A stretch of DNA of 64,000 bases from an uncultured Fidelibacterota bacterium (GTDB taxonomy: Bacteria; Fidelibacterota; Marinisomatia; Marinisomatales; UBA1611), in the NCBI GenBank assembly GCA_913040915.1, contig CAJWHW010000002.1, positions 1 to 64,000 on the forward strand, read 5' to 3'. Shown here piece by piece: positions 9,928 through 22,740 of the stretch (position 1 is the stretch's first letter; each line of letters begins with the position of its first letter). Made by a program: the position numbers and the translations under genes. The notes beneath the pieces were generated by a model, which searched no databases, was not told where the DNA came from, and saw only the letters and a list, made by a program, of their open reading frames with translations.

Positions 9928-10546
9928 AGTACTTTGTGTTAAGGATGCAGTATCTGCTTTGAAAAACCAGGATAAAGCATTAGTCAAATTGCTGAATAAA
10001 TTTAGTCCAAGAGATATATTTACTGAAAAAAACTATTTTAAATCGCTTACTCGTTTTGTTATCTATCAGCAGCTTAGCGGCAAAGCAGCTAAAACAATTT
10101 TAGACCGTTTTGTCAGATTATATGAAGTTGAAGATTATCCTTTACCACAGGATGTGGTAAATACAGATCATAAAGTATTAAGATCAGTAGGTTTATCTAA
10201 TGCAAAAGCAAATTATATTAAAAATATTGCACAAGCGTTTTTATATAATGCGATTCAAGCAGATAACCTTCATAATCTGCCAGATGATGAAGTAATAAAT
10301 CAATTGGTATCGATTAAAGGAGTAGGGCCATGGACAGCACAAATGTTTCTAATGTTTACTTTGGCACGTCCGGATATTTTCCCAACTGGTGATTTGGGTA
10401 TACAAAAAGGTTTTCAGAAATATTTTAAATTAAAGGTACTTCCTAAACCCAATGAATTAGAAAAACGTTCCCAAATCTGGAAGCCTCATAGAACTGTAGT
10501 ATCCTTATTTTTATGGAAAATAGTTGATGGGCCTTTTGAATGGTAG
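9908..10546 (+). CDS. alkA: DNA-3-methyladenine glycosylase II (AlkA, HhH-GPD family)
   Basis: QQLSGKAA, IKGVGPWTA HhH motif, DIFPTGDLG, W.P.R; probable start MSVQ at 9908. Confidence 0.88.
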   Translation: MSVQNLKVLCVKDAVSALKNQDKALVKLLNKFSPRDIFTEKNYFKSLTRFVIYQQLSGKAAKTILDRFVRLYEVEDYPLPQDVVNTDHKVLRSVGLSNAKANYIKNIAQAFLYNAIQADNLHNLPDDEVINQLVSIKGVGPWTAQMFLMFTLARPDIFPTGDLGIQKGFQKYFKLKVLPKPNELEKRSQIWKPHRTVVSLFLWKIVDGPFEW

Positions 10547-10547
10547 T

Positions 10548-11156
10548 ATGATCAAAACGATATTTTTTGACATTGGTGGTGTTTTAATCAACATTCACCC
10601 TGAAAGAACAATTCAATATTTAAGTGATTGTACTGATGTTCAGCCAAAAATAATTCGTGACAGATTTCCAATTGATGCGCATAATGAATACGAAAAAGGA
10701 AATCTAAACGACAATGAATGGTTTTTAGCTGTAAAAGAAAAATTACCGCAGCCTTCTTGTTTAAAAGAGTCTGATTTTTACACTGGGTGGAGAAAATTAT
10801 TGGGTAAAGAAAAATCTACTGTCAAATTAATTGAACGATTAAATGGGAGCCATTCCATCTGGCTATTATCAAATACAAATACACAGCATATTCGGGATGA
10901 AATAGAAAATCGTTATTTATTTCCTCAACTTGTAGATGGAGCTATATATTCTTTTGATGCGGGATTTAGAAAGCCCGATAAAGAGATTTATCAATATGCG
11001 TTACGAATGGCAAAAACTCAACCCGATCAATCCCTGTTTATCGATGATTTGGAAGAAAATATTTTAAGCGCAAAGGCTATCGGGATGCATGGTATACATT
11101 TTGAATCAACTCAAAAATTGGAATATGATTTAATCCAAATAGGCCTATTAAAATAA
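10548..11156 (+). CDS. HAD-family phosphatase (YihX-like)
   Basis: FFDIGGV, LLSNT, RKPD, FIDD motifs; probable start MIKT at 10548. Confidence 0.9.
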   Translation: MIKTIFFDIGGVLINIHPERTIQYLSDCTDVQPKIIRDRFPIDAHNEYEKGNLNDNEWFLAVKEKLPQPSCLKESDFYTGWRKLLGKEKSTVKLIERLNGSHSIWLLSNTNTQHIRDEIENRYLFPQLVDGAIYSFDAGFRKPDKEIYQYALRMAKTQPDQSLFIDDLEENILSAKAIGMHGIHFESTQKLEYDLIQIGLLK

Positions 11157-11170
11157 AAATAGATTATTGC

Positions 11171-14134
11171 ATGATACATTTTCTTTACATACTGATATTT
11201 TCATCAAATATATTGATGGCTACTGGAGCGTGGATGTTTACCGGGCGTACCCATCCGGAGCTAAAATGGCATACCATTGAAACAGACCATTTTGATATTC
11301 ACTACCATGAAGAAATTCGAGATATTGCTGTGAAAGGAGCATCGATTGCTGAGCAGATTCGCCCAGTTTTACTTAAACAAATGGGGCTAGATAACATACG
11401 CAGATTAGATATTGTTTTCACATCTGAAGATGAGGTATTAAATGGATTTGCAATGCAGAGCAATCATACAGTCATTTGGGTAGACCAAAATGATGCAGCG
11501 CTTTGGTCTGGTAATGAAAAATGGTTAAGAACTGTATTAGCCCATGAACTTCAACATTTAGTTTATTTTAATACTGTAAAGACTTGGCTTCCAGAGCCAA
11601 TGAATTCTATTTATGCAGGTGTGCCGGGCTGGGTAGTAGAAGGGTTGGCAGAATATTATACAGAAAAATGGCGTCCTTTTCGATATGATATCTCGCATAA
11701 AGGACACGTTATTAATAATACTTTAAATAAAATACCTGATCCTCATAATGATGGCTTTTCAAAAAGCCTTTATTTAGCAGATAGATTTGGAGATTCCACT
11801 ATCATTAAGATTTTGAATCATCGTGATGAACTAGGTCTTTTAAACTTTAAAGATGCATTTAAAAAACATACTGGTATTAAGCTCAAACGTTTTAATGAAG
11901 ATTGGCGTCAACATATGAATACATTCTTTTATGGCCAAAGAGCACAAAAGGAGAGACTTGATGATATTGGTTTTATTAGCAACCTTCCTTTAAGAAAAGT
12001 TGCTGCTTTTGATTATTTTCCAGATACAATGCGAGTGGCCATGATAGGCCTTATGTCAAGAGGCCAAAGAGATCTGTCATTAGTGGTTGCTACACGGGAT
12101 ACAAATAACAATAAAAAGACTTGGAGAGAAAAAACCAATAATTTTTCTGAAAAATTAGGAATGAATTCGATCCGTAATTATAAGTGGAAATTTAAAGAAT
12201 ATGATCACGGTGTTTTTGGAGAATTGATTCAAAACTTGGATGTTTCTCCAGATGGGAAATTAATCGCTTATCCTAAATATCGTTTTGGGGCAAACCAATC
12301 TTTAATGTTTGGTGTCTGGCTTTTAGATCTGGAGTCAAAAAAGAAAAGGTTGCTAACATCTAACATTCGGGCAAACTATCCCCAGTTTTCACCAGATGGA
12401 TCAAAGATTGTTTTTACAGGCCATGAAAATTCGACAACCCAATTATACACTATGAATTTAGATGGTAGTGGTTTGAAGGTAATCACTGATAATTCAGGTG
12501 ATACTCAGATCATTACTCCTGTTTGGAGCCCAGATGGAAAAGCAATTGCCTATGCCCAATCAGATCCAGATGGGCAAATGGATATTCATATAATTGATTT
12601 AGAATCGGGCATAATTAAACAGATAACTGATACCCCAGATGGTGACTACTTACCTATATGGCACCCTGATGGACATTCTATCTCATTTACTGGCTTGTAT
12701 GATTATACTCCCAACTTATATACTCATGATCTAAAAATTGGTGGTACAATTCGAAATACAGATGTGGGCGATGCTGTCATGGGAAAACAATGGAACCATC
12801 AAATTAATACGATTACAGCAATGACTCTAAATACTGTTGGTTTTTCTCGGGTTGTCGATATTGATCCATCGCGTATTGCTAAAATGACTCCCATAAAAAT
12901 GAATTCTGCATATGCAAGTTGGCGTACAAAATCGCCAGATTATCCTTTAGAAAAAATAAATTATAATAATGATGTATCCATTCACAAGGAATCGCCTTAT
13001 AAGTTTTATAAGCACTTATCGCATGTTGGCTCGGTTCTTCTTCCAGATATCGAAGGCCTGTTTGCCAATTCAGCTTTTACTGATGGAATGGGACGCCATC
13101 TATTAGGCGGGGTTTTTGTTACTGATTATGATTCATTGTTTGCCACTATGATTCAATATAATAACTATACAGGATTCCCGTTTAAAGGGTCTTGGGGATT
13201 AAACTTTTATAAAGATTTGTTTTTTACTTTTCAATTTTATAATCGAGATCAGTACCCATTTGTTGAGGTATTTAACGGAATATCAATATGGTGGACATTC
13301 CCTTATAATTTTGGGAATTTCCGAACAGCAAATCATTCTCTTGGTTTTTCAGTGGATTTTATGGATCGTCAAGCCTTTGATATTGCTGATTCTTTATTAG
13401 ATGCTAATGGGTTACAAACACCTGAAAGCGGGGAGGAAGGGAAATTCTCCATACTATATACATTTAAGAACCAACGCAATCATAGGCGGAATCTTTTTGC
13501 ACCGAACCAAGGGTATGGATTACAACTAAAATATGATTTTATTTCTCCGAAAATCTATGGTGACCTTACTTATAACCGAGCTTCTTTGGATGCTTTCCAT
13601 AATCAAAAAATAGGTCCATTTTCATTATACAGCAGATTTCGTTACCAGCAGATATCAGGAGGATATTTAAATCAGGATCAATTAGGGATTTTCAATATAC
13701 CAAATTATTACATATCTGGTGCTTTTGTTCCTGGCAGAGAATATATGAGTCCTAGAGGATTATCAGATGTGCGATTTGGCGAGCAGGCATTTATGGGGAC
13801 ATTAGAATTCCGTGCGCCAGTTGCTCCATTTCAGATTCTTGAAATGTTAAAAATAATTCAAATAGGTAACCCAACATTTGCATTTATATCAGATATTGGC
13901 AATGCATGGTATAATAACAGTCCAGAAAAAGAACTCATTGTGACTACAGGAGCAGAATTCCGAATTGCTCTATCGCTAGCGAAATCGCCTCTATTCATTT
14001 TTAGTTACGGGTGGGCACAAACTACGGAAAAATGGGGTAAAGATTTTGATGAAGTTTTTAGCCTTGAAGAGGGAGAAGTATTAAAAATTGGTCCAAAGCC
14101 ATACTTCCAAATGACACTTATTAATCCCTTTTAG
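11171..14134 (+). CDS. Outer-membrane protein: HExxH peptidase-like N domain, TolB/PD40 propeller, Omp85-like barrel
   Basis: HELQH...VEGLAEY; multiple SPDG/WSPDG repeats; alternating aromatic beta-strands; terminal Phe. Confidence 0.75.
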   Translation: MIHFLYILIFSSNILMATGAWMFTGRTHPELKWHTIETDHFDIHYHEEIRDIAVKGASIAEQIRPVLLKQMGLDNIRRLDIVFTSEDEVLNGFAMQSNHTVIWVDQNDAALWSGNEKWLRTVLAHELQHLVYFNTVKTWLPEPMNSIYAGVPGWVVEGLAEYYTEKWRPFRYDISHKGHVINNTLNKIPDPHNDGFSKSLYLADRFGDSTIIKILNHRDELGLLNFKDAFKKHTGIKLKRFNEDWRQHMNTFFYGQRAQKERLDDIGFISNLPLRKVAAFDYFPDTMRVAMIGLMSRGQRDLSLVVATRDTNNNKKTWREKTNNFSEKLGMNSIRNYKWKFKEYDHGVFGELIQNLDVSPDGKLIAYPKYRFGANQSLMFGVWLLDLESKKKRLLTSNIRANYPQFSPDGSKIVFTGHENSTTQLYTMNLDGSGLKVITDNSGDTQIITPVWSPDGKAIAYAQSDPDGQMDIHIIDLESGIIKQITDTPDGDYLPIWHPDGHSISFTGLYDYTPNLYTHDLKIGGTIRNTDVGDAVMGKQWNHQINTITAMTLNTVGFSRVVDIDPSRIAKMTPIKMNSAYASWRTKSPDYPLEKINYNNDVSIHKESPYKFYKHLSHVGSVLLPDIEGLFANSAFTDGMGRHLLGGVFVTDYDSLFATMIQYNNYTGFPFKGSWGLNFYKDLFFTFQFYNRDQYPFVEVFNGISIWWTFPYNFGNFRTANHSLGFSVDFMDRQAFDIADSLLDANGLQTPESGEEGKFSILYTFKNQRNHRRNLFAPNQGYGLQLKYDFISPKIYGDLTYNRASLDAFHNQKIGPFSLYSRFRYQQISGGYLNQDQLGIFNIPNYYISGAFVPGREYMSPRGLSDVRFGEQAFMGTLEFRAPVAPFQILEMLKIIQIGNPTFAFISDIGNAWYNNSPEKELIVTTGAEFRIALSLAKSPLFIFSYGWAQTTEKWGKDFDEVFSLEEGEVLKIGPKPYFQMTLINPF

Positions 14135-14171
14135 TATTCTCATAGTTAAATATAGATTTATATCTATATTC

Positions 14172-15638
14172 CTAAAACCAGAAGCGCCGCAATGAAATAG
14201 ATAAAACCCAACCAGTTGCATCAATTGTTGGTACTATTTTATCATCATCCCATTCTGCATCAACTCGACGAGTTTCATTTTTTCCATCTTCATCTTTCTC
14301 TCCAGTTTTTTTAGAATAGGTCCAGTTTGGCTTAGTGTTATTAAAAATATTTCTAACTGAGAAAATCAGATCCTGATATTGTCCCATCTGTATTCTAAGA
14401 TCTAACCCACCGCCTGGCATAAATAGACCAGCGCTGACAAAATGATTTTTATCATCTCTTCTAGTAGCAAATAAAAATGGAAAATCAAGGGATGAAGAAA
14501 GAGTTGTCCCGAAACCAGATAATAGTTTTATGGATATTCCCAAACCAATTCCACCATAGAAATCCAAATCATTTCTTGAATCATTAATAAAACCCAAATA
14601 TCCATTTAAACTGCCACTAAATATGTTGAAAGGATTGATTAATAATTTTCCTGTTAAATTATAATGCGGCGTCCGACTATATAAGATACTGAAATCTGCC
14701 GCCATAGGCTGCTTTAGCATTTCATAGGCTCTATGTCCATCTTTGATTCTTCGCCATTTTCGAACTATCTTAGCTTTACTAGCATCGGGGCCCACTTCTA
14801 TAATTTGAGCTAAACCACGTGTTTTCCCAGGTAAAGTGACTGTTTTCTCTTTATATGTTTTCTGTTTATCTCTGGATGCAATCTCAAAATATCCACCCTT
14901 TACCAACCCTAAGTTTTCACCAGATAATATAGAAATAATTTTTCCATCAACATCGATAACCTCGCTAGTGATTACATATAATTCTTTTAATTTATTGTTG
15001 GCTTGAAAAGCTATGGTAGATAATGCTGCCTTTAAAGAAGCATCTCTATTCCCTCCCACATGTTTAGCATCCAGTTTAAAAGAATTTTTAGATACTCCTG
15101 TCTCTACATTTACTAATCTCACATTGGCATTTATAACTGTGAGGATATTGTTTTCCAGTTCAAGGCGTCTTTTTTCTTTTATACTTTCTGTATTCTCAAT
15201 TGCAGCTTTAACAGTATTTTTAACCACCCATGAAAATAGAGTTTCATTATCATCTTCATCATCACCATCATCTTTTTCTTTCTTTTCTTTAGGAACACCC
15301 TTCTGTCCAAAATGTATAATATCTACAATAAGAGCTTCCTGTGCAGTCGAAAATTCACCTAATTCTACCACCTGATCATCCGAAACCATACCAGACATTT
15401 GAAATGCCTGTTCCTCCACAATATCTTCTAGAATACTACGATCAATAACTTCAAATCTCCCAACTGTAGTTGCTGCTTCTGAAATTATAGAAATGACTTT
15501 TTCTGCAACTTCTTGAAAGTTATCTTGGGATGATGGCAACACCATAAGTGATTTCTTTTCCAGTGTTAAATTTTCATCCAGTTCTTGAGAAAAGCCCGAA
15601 GTAACTAAAATTCCGATTATAAGGAATTTATTTTTCAT
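14172..15638 (-). CDS. CsgG/TolB-N-like domain protein with probable C-terminal beta-barrel
   Basis: GRFEVIDRS.LEDIVEEQ.FQMSG and VRLVNVETG motifs; ends ISLRRFWF. Confidence 0.65.
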   Translation of the reverse strand: MKNKFLIIGILVTSGFSQELDENLTLEKKSLMVLPSSQDNFQEVAEKVISIISEAATTVGRFEVIDRSILEDIVEEQAFQMSGMVSDDQVVELGEFSTAQEALIVDIIHFGQKGVPKEKKEKDDGDDEDDNETLFSWVVKNTVKAAIENTESIKEKRRLELENNILTVINANVRLVNVETGVSKNSFKLDAKHVGGNRDASLKAALSTIAFQANNKLKELYVITSEVIDVDGKIISILSGENLGLVKGGYFEIASRDKQKTYKEKTVTLPGKTRGLAQIIEVGPDASKAKIVRKWRRIKDGHRAYEMLKQPMAADFSILYSRTPHYNLTGKLLINPFNIFSGSLNGYLGFINDSRNDLDFYGGIGLGISIKLLSGFGTTLSSSLDFPFLFATRRDDKNHFVSAGLFMPGGGLDLRIQMGQYQDLIFSVRNIFNNTKPNWTYSKKTGEKDEDGKNETRRVDAEWDDDKIVPTIDATGWVLSISLRRFWF

Positions 15639-16357
15639 TAAAATGACCAGGTTAAACTGCGATTTATTGCTAATGTTGCAAATATAGAAGCTTTATTAAG
15701 ATCAAAGGAGTTTTCCAAAGGAAAATCCTGAGTAAACCCACAGAGTAGAGATAAACCTTGTTTTAATTCGTACTGTAATTCACCGACTAATTGAAATCGA
15801 CTTAAGTCTGTCCCTATTTCTTCTTCACTTAATTGATGAAAATAATCTAACTCAAACTTTGTTTCCAAATATTTTAAGGCATGATCAGCAGTAAATCCTG
15901 TTCGGGCATAATATGTTTTCCGTGTATTATTAAGATAATCGGAATTATCAAAAGCAATTCCTAACTCCCACGTCAAATTTCCATTTTCTGTTTGTTGAAT
16001 TAACCAGCCCATTCCTTGATTCAGATGGTAACGTAAGTTCACATCAATAAAAGTATTTTTTTCATATAAAAGGGTATTGAAAGAATAAAATTTCTCAAAG
16101 GATAAAAAACGACGACTAGTTTTTTTTCGAAAACGAATTTCTTCATCCGTTTCGTAAAAGTGTCCGTAGAAGCGGATATCATTAAAGGTATAATCAGTTG
16201 TTCGTCTTAACCTGCCATAGGAAGCAAGTCCAAAATTTTTTACCCCAACATTAACAACACCTAATCGGTAATATTGTTTCCAGTTTGGGTGATTGAAATT
16301 TGGTTGATGGGCAAAAAGCTGAAGTAGAAATACGGCAGGAATGCAATAGCGTATCAT
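15638..16357 (-). CDS. Putative outer-membrane beta-barrel (DUF481-like)
   Basis: Signal peptide, amphipathic strands, terminal WSF. Confidence 0.55.
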   Translation of the reverse strand: MIRYCIPAVFLLQLFAHQPNFNHPNWKQYYRLGVVNVGVKNFGLASYGRLRRTTDYTFNDIRFYGHFYETDEEIRFRKKTSRRFLSFEKFYSFNTLLYEKNTFIDVNLRYHLNQGMGWLIQQTENGNLTWELGIAFDNSDYLNNTRKTYYARTGFTADHALKYLETKFELDYFHQLSEEEIGTDLSRFQLVGELQYELKQGLSLLCGFTQDFPLENSFDLNKASIFATLAINRSLTWSF

Positions 16358-17115
16358 TGTTTAATTTTTTTACCGCTTTGCATGAGAAAAATTGCTGCAA
16401 AGGTGAATATTGCTGTTAAGGTAATTGCCATAGTATAGCTGATTATTACAGGAGAATCACTTACGCCCAAAATCGTATATCGAATTCCATTAATCATATA
16501 ATAAATAGGATTAGCAAAACTTAGGCTTTGAGCCCAATCGGGTAGCATGTGAATAGAATAAAAAATTCCGCCTAAAAAGCTCAAAGGCGTTAGAAAGAAA
16601 TTCTGCATCATAGCCAGTTGATCCCAGCTCTCAGCTAATTGTCCTAACAGGAGTCCCATACTTGCAAAGGCCCAGGATACCAGAAAAATGAATCCTATTG
16701 TTCCTAAAGGATCAATCACCGGCATATCAATTAATAAAATTCCAAGAAGCAAAACTAATACACCATTCACCATCCCCCGAACAGCCCCTCCAATAATATA
16801 TGCTAATGAGATCTCTAAACCTGAAAGAGGTGCAACCAATAAATCGGGTAGTTGTTGTAGTAGCTTCATTTGCAGCATGGATGATGATGTGTTCGATGTA
16901 GCGTTGGTCAGTGTATTCATCATGATAAGCCCGGGTAGTATAAATAAAGTATAGGGTATTCCCTGAATTTCCGATATCCTTTGTTCCAAGGTAAAGCCGA
17001 AAATGGCAATATATAAAGCAGAACTAATTAGCCCTGGCAACACAGTTTGACGATAAACAGAAAAAAACCGCCCGACTTCCCGTTTGATCAAGGTGTTGAG
17101 ACCAACCCAGTTCAT
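16354..17115 (-). CDS. ABC-2 type permease (YadH-like)
   Basis: Six hydrophobic segments; FILPGLIMM, FLGGIFYS, NPIYYMI.G.R motifs. Confidence 0.9.
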   Translation of the reverse strand: MNWVGLNTLIKREVGRFFSVYRQTVLPGLISSALYIAIFGFTLEQRISEIQGIPYTLFILPGLIMMNTLTNATSNTSSSMLQMKLLQQLPDLLVAPLSGLEISLAYIIGGAVRGMVNGVLVLLLGILLIDMPVIDPLGTIGFIFLVSWAFASMGLLLGQLAESWDQLAMMQNFFLTPLSFLGGIFYSIHMLPDWAQSLSFANPIYYMINGIRYTILGVSDSPVIISYTMAITLTAIFTFAAIFLMQSGKKIKQ

Positions 17116-18038
17116 TCGTTGATACTCTTCCCGGTAAGATTTAAAAACACGTCTTCTAAAGAAGATACTTTTGATTCGACACTTTGTATATGAACATCTA
17201 ATTTAGACAATTTTTGTATGATTTTTGGCATGGCTGAATCCGGATCTTTTACAGAGAAGTGCAATCTATTTTCTTCGCGTGTAAATGTGAATTCTGAAAG
17301 CTGTGTTTCAAGACCATTTTCTATATTGCCCAAATGAATAGTAATCCCCGCTGTCCCTAACTCTCTGGTCAGCTCTTTTGGAGAACCTTCCTTTAGTATC
17401 TTTCCATTGTCTATAATTGCGACATTTTCACATAAAAGTTCTGCTTCTTCGATATAATGGGTTGTAAGAAGTATAGTCTTTCCTAGCTCATGTAGGTCTC
17501 TAAGATATTGCCAAAGATCACGCCTTAGTTCTACATCTACACCTGCAGTTGGTTCATCCAAAATAAGAATTTCAGGATCATGAACCAGCGCTTTTGCTAA
17601 TTGAAAGCGGCGTTTCATACCACCAGATAATTGTCTTAATCGAGAATCTTTTTTTTTGGTTAAACCTAACCTTTCCAATAAATCATCAATTCTTGGTTTA
17701 GCTATTTTAGCAGACAACCCATAATAACCTGCCTGGAAATAGAGCAATTTTTCAATAGGGAAAAACCAATCCACAGAAAGTTCTTGAGCTGCAATTCCAA
17801 TTTTAGACCTTGTAAATCTAAAATCTTGGACAGTGTCTTTCCCGAATACTTCAGTCTCTCCTTTATCACGAAAAACTAGACCTGTTATTATATTAATTGT
17901 CGTGGTTTTCCCAGCACCATTAGGACCAAGCAATCCAAAAAACTCACCTTTCTTAATTGTCATGTTCACACCTTTCAAAGCATGTACAGTTCCATAGGAT
18001 TTAGTTAACCCTGAAATATGGATTGCAGATATATCCAT
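17112..18038 (-). CDS. ABC transporter ATP-binding protein (YadG-like)
   Basis: GPNGAGKT Walker A, LSGGM signature, ILDEPT Walker B, TTHY. Confidence 0.95.
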   Translation of the reverse strand: MDISAIHISGLTKSYGTVHALKGVNMTIKKGEFFGLLGPNGAGKTTTINIITGLVFRDKGETEVFGKDTVQDFRFTRSKIGIAAQELSVDWFFPIEKLLYFQAGYYGLSAKIAKPRIDDLLERLGLTKKKDSRLRQLSGGMKRRFQLAKALVHDPEILILDEPTAGVDVELRRDLWQYLRDLHELGKTILLTTHYIEEAELLCENVAIIDNGKILKEGSPKELTRELGTAGITIHLGNIENGLETQLSEFTFTREENRLHFSVKDPDSAMPKIIQKLSKLDVHIQSVESKVSSLEDVFLNLTGKSINE

Positions 18039-18043
18039 TTAGT

Positions 18044-18355
18044 CTATTCGAAACCGACTTTTAAATCGAACGGGCTGGGATTATCAAATCCTTCTTCACC
18101 AGGGAAATGAGCGATGGAAACAATAAAAGCCCAAGGGATAAGAATAGATGCTTCTACACTTTTTGTTTTGGTTTTATCCTGGTTAGCTAAATTTGGTATT
18201 TGGAAATTAGGATGATGAATCCACATACCATTTTCATCATATCCATTTACATAAACAAAAATCTTATCTTGATCAATCCCAATTTTAGCTAAAGGTTCAT
18301 GATTATCCAGGACCACAAGAATTAAGTCACCCACTACTTCTTCTATTTTCATCAT
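18044..18355 (-). CDS. Hypothetical protein, possibly Sm-like fold
   Basis: Tightly packed in operon; GYDENGMW...ILIPWAFIVSI pattern. Confidence 0.6.
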   Translation of the reverse strand: MMKIEEVVGDLILVVLDNHEPLAKIGIDQDKIFVYVNGYDENGMWIHHPNFQIPNLANQDKTKTKSVEASILIPWAFIVSIAHFPGEEGFDNPSPFDLKVGFE

Positions 18356-18370
18356 AATATTTCTCAGTTA

Positions 18371-19609
18371 TTAATAAGGTACGAATTTATAGATAGCTCC
18401 TGAATAATCCACCACATAGAGTTCTCCTGAATTGTCTTCTCCAAACGATGATATAAATAATGGAATATTTTTACTTGTCTTTTTTAACTGCTTTCTGATA
18501 TTTCTAAATTTAGAACGTTTACCATTTATTAATTTGAAGGACCAAATTCTCCCAGTGCAATAGTCACCAAAAATATATGTGTCTTTTAACTCTGGAATGG
18601 TAGATCCGCGATAAACATAGCCACCTGTAACAGAGCAGCCTGTAGCTTCAGCTTCATCCATACCGATGAGTATTTTTAAATAAGCAGCATTGTTTGGATA
18701 TTCATGAACCGGTTTTATAAGTCCAGTGGTATCACAAAATTCTTCTGGGTTAAAGCAATGATTCGCTTCCATAATCCGCCAACCATAATTGGCGCCTTTA
18801 GATTCCTCCCATTTATTCCAATTAATTTCCTCCCATTTATTCTGCCCTACATCTCCCACTATTAGATCACCATTTTTCAGATCAAATGAAAATCTCCAGG
18901 GGTTTCGCAGACCATAACACCAAATTTCTTGTTTTTTATTTTTCTGGCCCACAAACGGATTATCTGGTGGAATCGTATAGGGGTCACCTCCATTAACATC
19001 TATCCGAAGGATTCCTCCGAGAAGATTATTTGTATTCTGGGCATTACTATAAGGGTCACCCCATTTGCCGCCATCACCGAAGCCGATATATAGCATCCCA
19101 TCTTTGGGCCCAAATGTAAGATGCCCACCGTTATGATTTCCGAAAGGTTGTTTTAATTCTAAAATAATCATTTCTGAATTTTCATCTCCCTTTTCCGGAT
19201 CAGAAGTAACACTAAATCGAGAGACGACCGAAGTCCCATTAATACTGATATAATTGACATAGAAAAATCCATTGCTAAAATAATCAGGATGAAATGCTAA
19301 CCCCAATAATCCTTCTTCGCTACCTGGTATAATAGAACTTTGTACGCGTTCAGAAATGTCTAAGAAAGGTTTTTTGAGTATTATCCTATCTTTAATGATA
19401 TGTATTTGTCCATTTTGATTAACTACAAATAACCTAGAGTCATCACCTTTAGCTTGTGTTATATATAGAGCTTTTTCAGGTACATCCGCTATTTTGAGAA
19501 TCGTAAAAGTTTGGGAAAAAGAAAGAGTGATGATACAAGTAACGGTTAATAATATTCTGTGTCCAGAATAGAAAATTGGCCAGCTGATTTTTTTTATATT
19601 TTTAAGCAT
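18371..19609 (-). CDS. PQQ-dependent soluble sugar dehydrogenase (GSDH family)
   Basis: GLLGLAFHP, NHNGG, GDGG, YGLRNPWRFSFD, DVGQ..WEE motifs. Confidence 0.9.
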   Translation of the reverse strand: MLKNIKKISWPIFYSGHRILLTVTCIITLSFSQTFTILKIADVPEKALYITQAKGDDSRLFVVNQNGQIHIIKDRIILKKPFLDISERVQSSIIPGSEEGLLGLAFHPDYFSNGFFYVNYISINGTSVVSRFSVTSDPEKGDENSEMIILELKQPFGNHNGGHLTFGPKDGMLYIGFGDGGKWGDPYSNAQNTNNLLGGILRIDVNGGDPYTIPPDNPFVGQKNKKQEIWCYGLRNPWRFSFDLKNGDLIVGDVGQNKWEEINWNKWEESKGANYGWRIMEANHCFNPEEFCDTTGLIKPVHEYPNNAAYLKILIGMDEAEATGCSVTGGYVYRGSTIPELKDTYIFGDYCTGRIWSFKLINGKRSKFRNIRKQLKKTSKNIPLFISSFGEDNSGELYVVDYSGAIYKFVPY

Positions 19610-19619
19610 TTTTAAATAA

Positions 19620-22047
<2,428 letters not shown>

Positions 22048-22054
<7 letters not shown>

Positions 22055-22566
22055 AATTCTCCATATTTGCTATGGTAATCCAAAGTAAGTCGCTTCACTG
22101 TTTTATTTTTAATATTATATATATCACAGGCATCAAATGGTTTTGTATATACATGTAAGCTTAAAGCCGGCTTTTTAAATATGTTCTCTACAGAATGAAT
22201 TTCTGCGGGGCCATCCAAATATCCTGGCTTTCCAACAACTTGGCCATCCATTTTTATTCTTAACGGTAATGAAGATTTAATAATGTAATTACAAAATTGT
22301 AATTTTCCTGTTTCAACCCGAGCCCAGCACTTTTCACCTTCGTGACCATGTATTGGTGCCATTTGATTAGCTCCCCAACATAAAATTAATATTTCAAAAT
22401 GCTCATCTTTGTATACCAAATTCCTTGTATAAAATGAATCATGAAAAAAAGTAAATTTTTCTCGATCTTTGTCATTTAATTTATAAGTTTTCAAATAGGA
22501 TGAAACTTCTGGAACAGGAAAATTCTTTTCAGCAAATTTGTGTAGGTTACGGATTAAATCCTGCAT
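22048..22566 (-). CDS. Cysteine dioxygenase-family cupin
   Basis: YTRNL, LCW...APIHGH..KCW, HSVEN, SLHVY motifs typical of CDO type I. Confidence 0.88.
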
Positions 22567-22740
22567 TTAATTATCCCTCGGTTTAGTGCATTCATACCAA
22601 TGATATAAAGATGCTTTTGCAAAAGCTAACATTCGGTTTTCATCTTTGATATTTTTGTCTTCTTTATCAAGTAATTTCTAAGTCTGTTGATTTAGTTTAG
22701 TACCCATATAATGGTGTAATTTATCAAATAATTGTTTCAA
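22567..22740 (-). pseudogene. Truncated gene remnant with in-frame TAG
   Basis: Reads LKQLFDKLHHYMGTKLNQQT*KLLDKEDKNIKDENRMLAFAKASLYHWYECTKPRDN*; TAG at 22678-22680; resembles from memory an uncharacterised family with N..TW.LLDK...M...A.AS.YHW. Confidence 0.6.

Noticed and set aside
22678..22680. In-frame TAG as pyrrolysine or stop-codon recoding
   Set aside because: TAG is used as a normal stop elsewhere in the window, no pyl genes are seen, and the ORF is also truncated; nonsense mutation is simpler.
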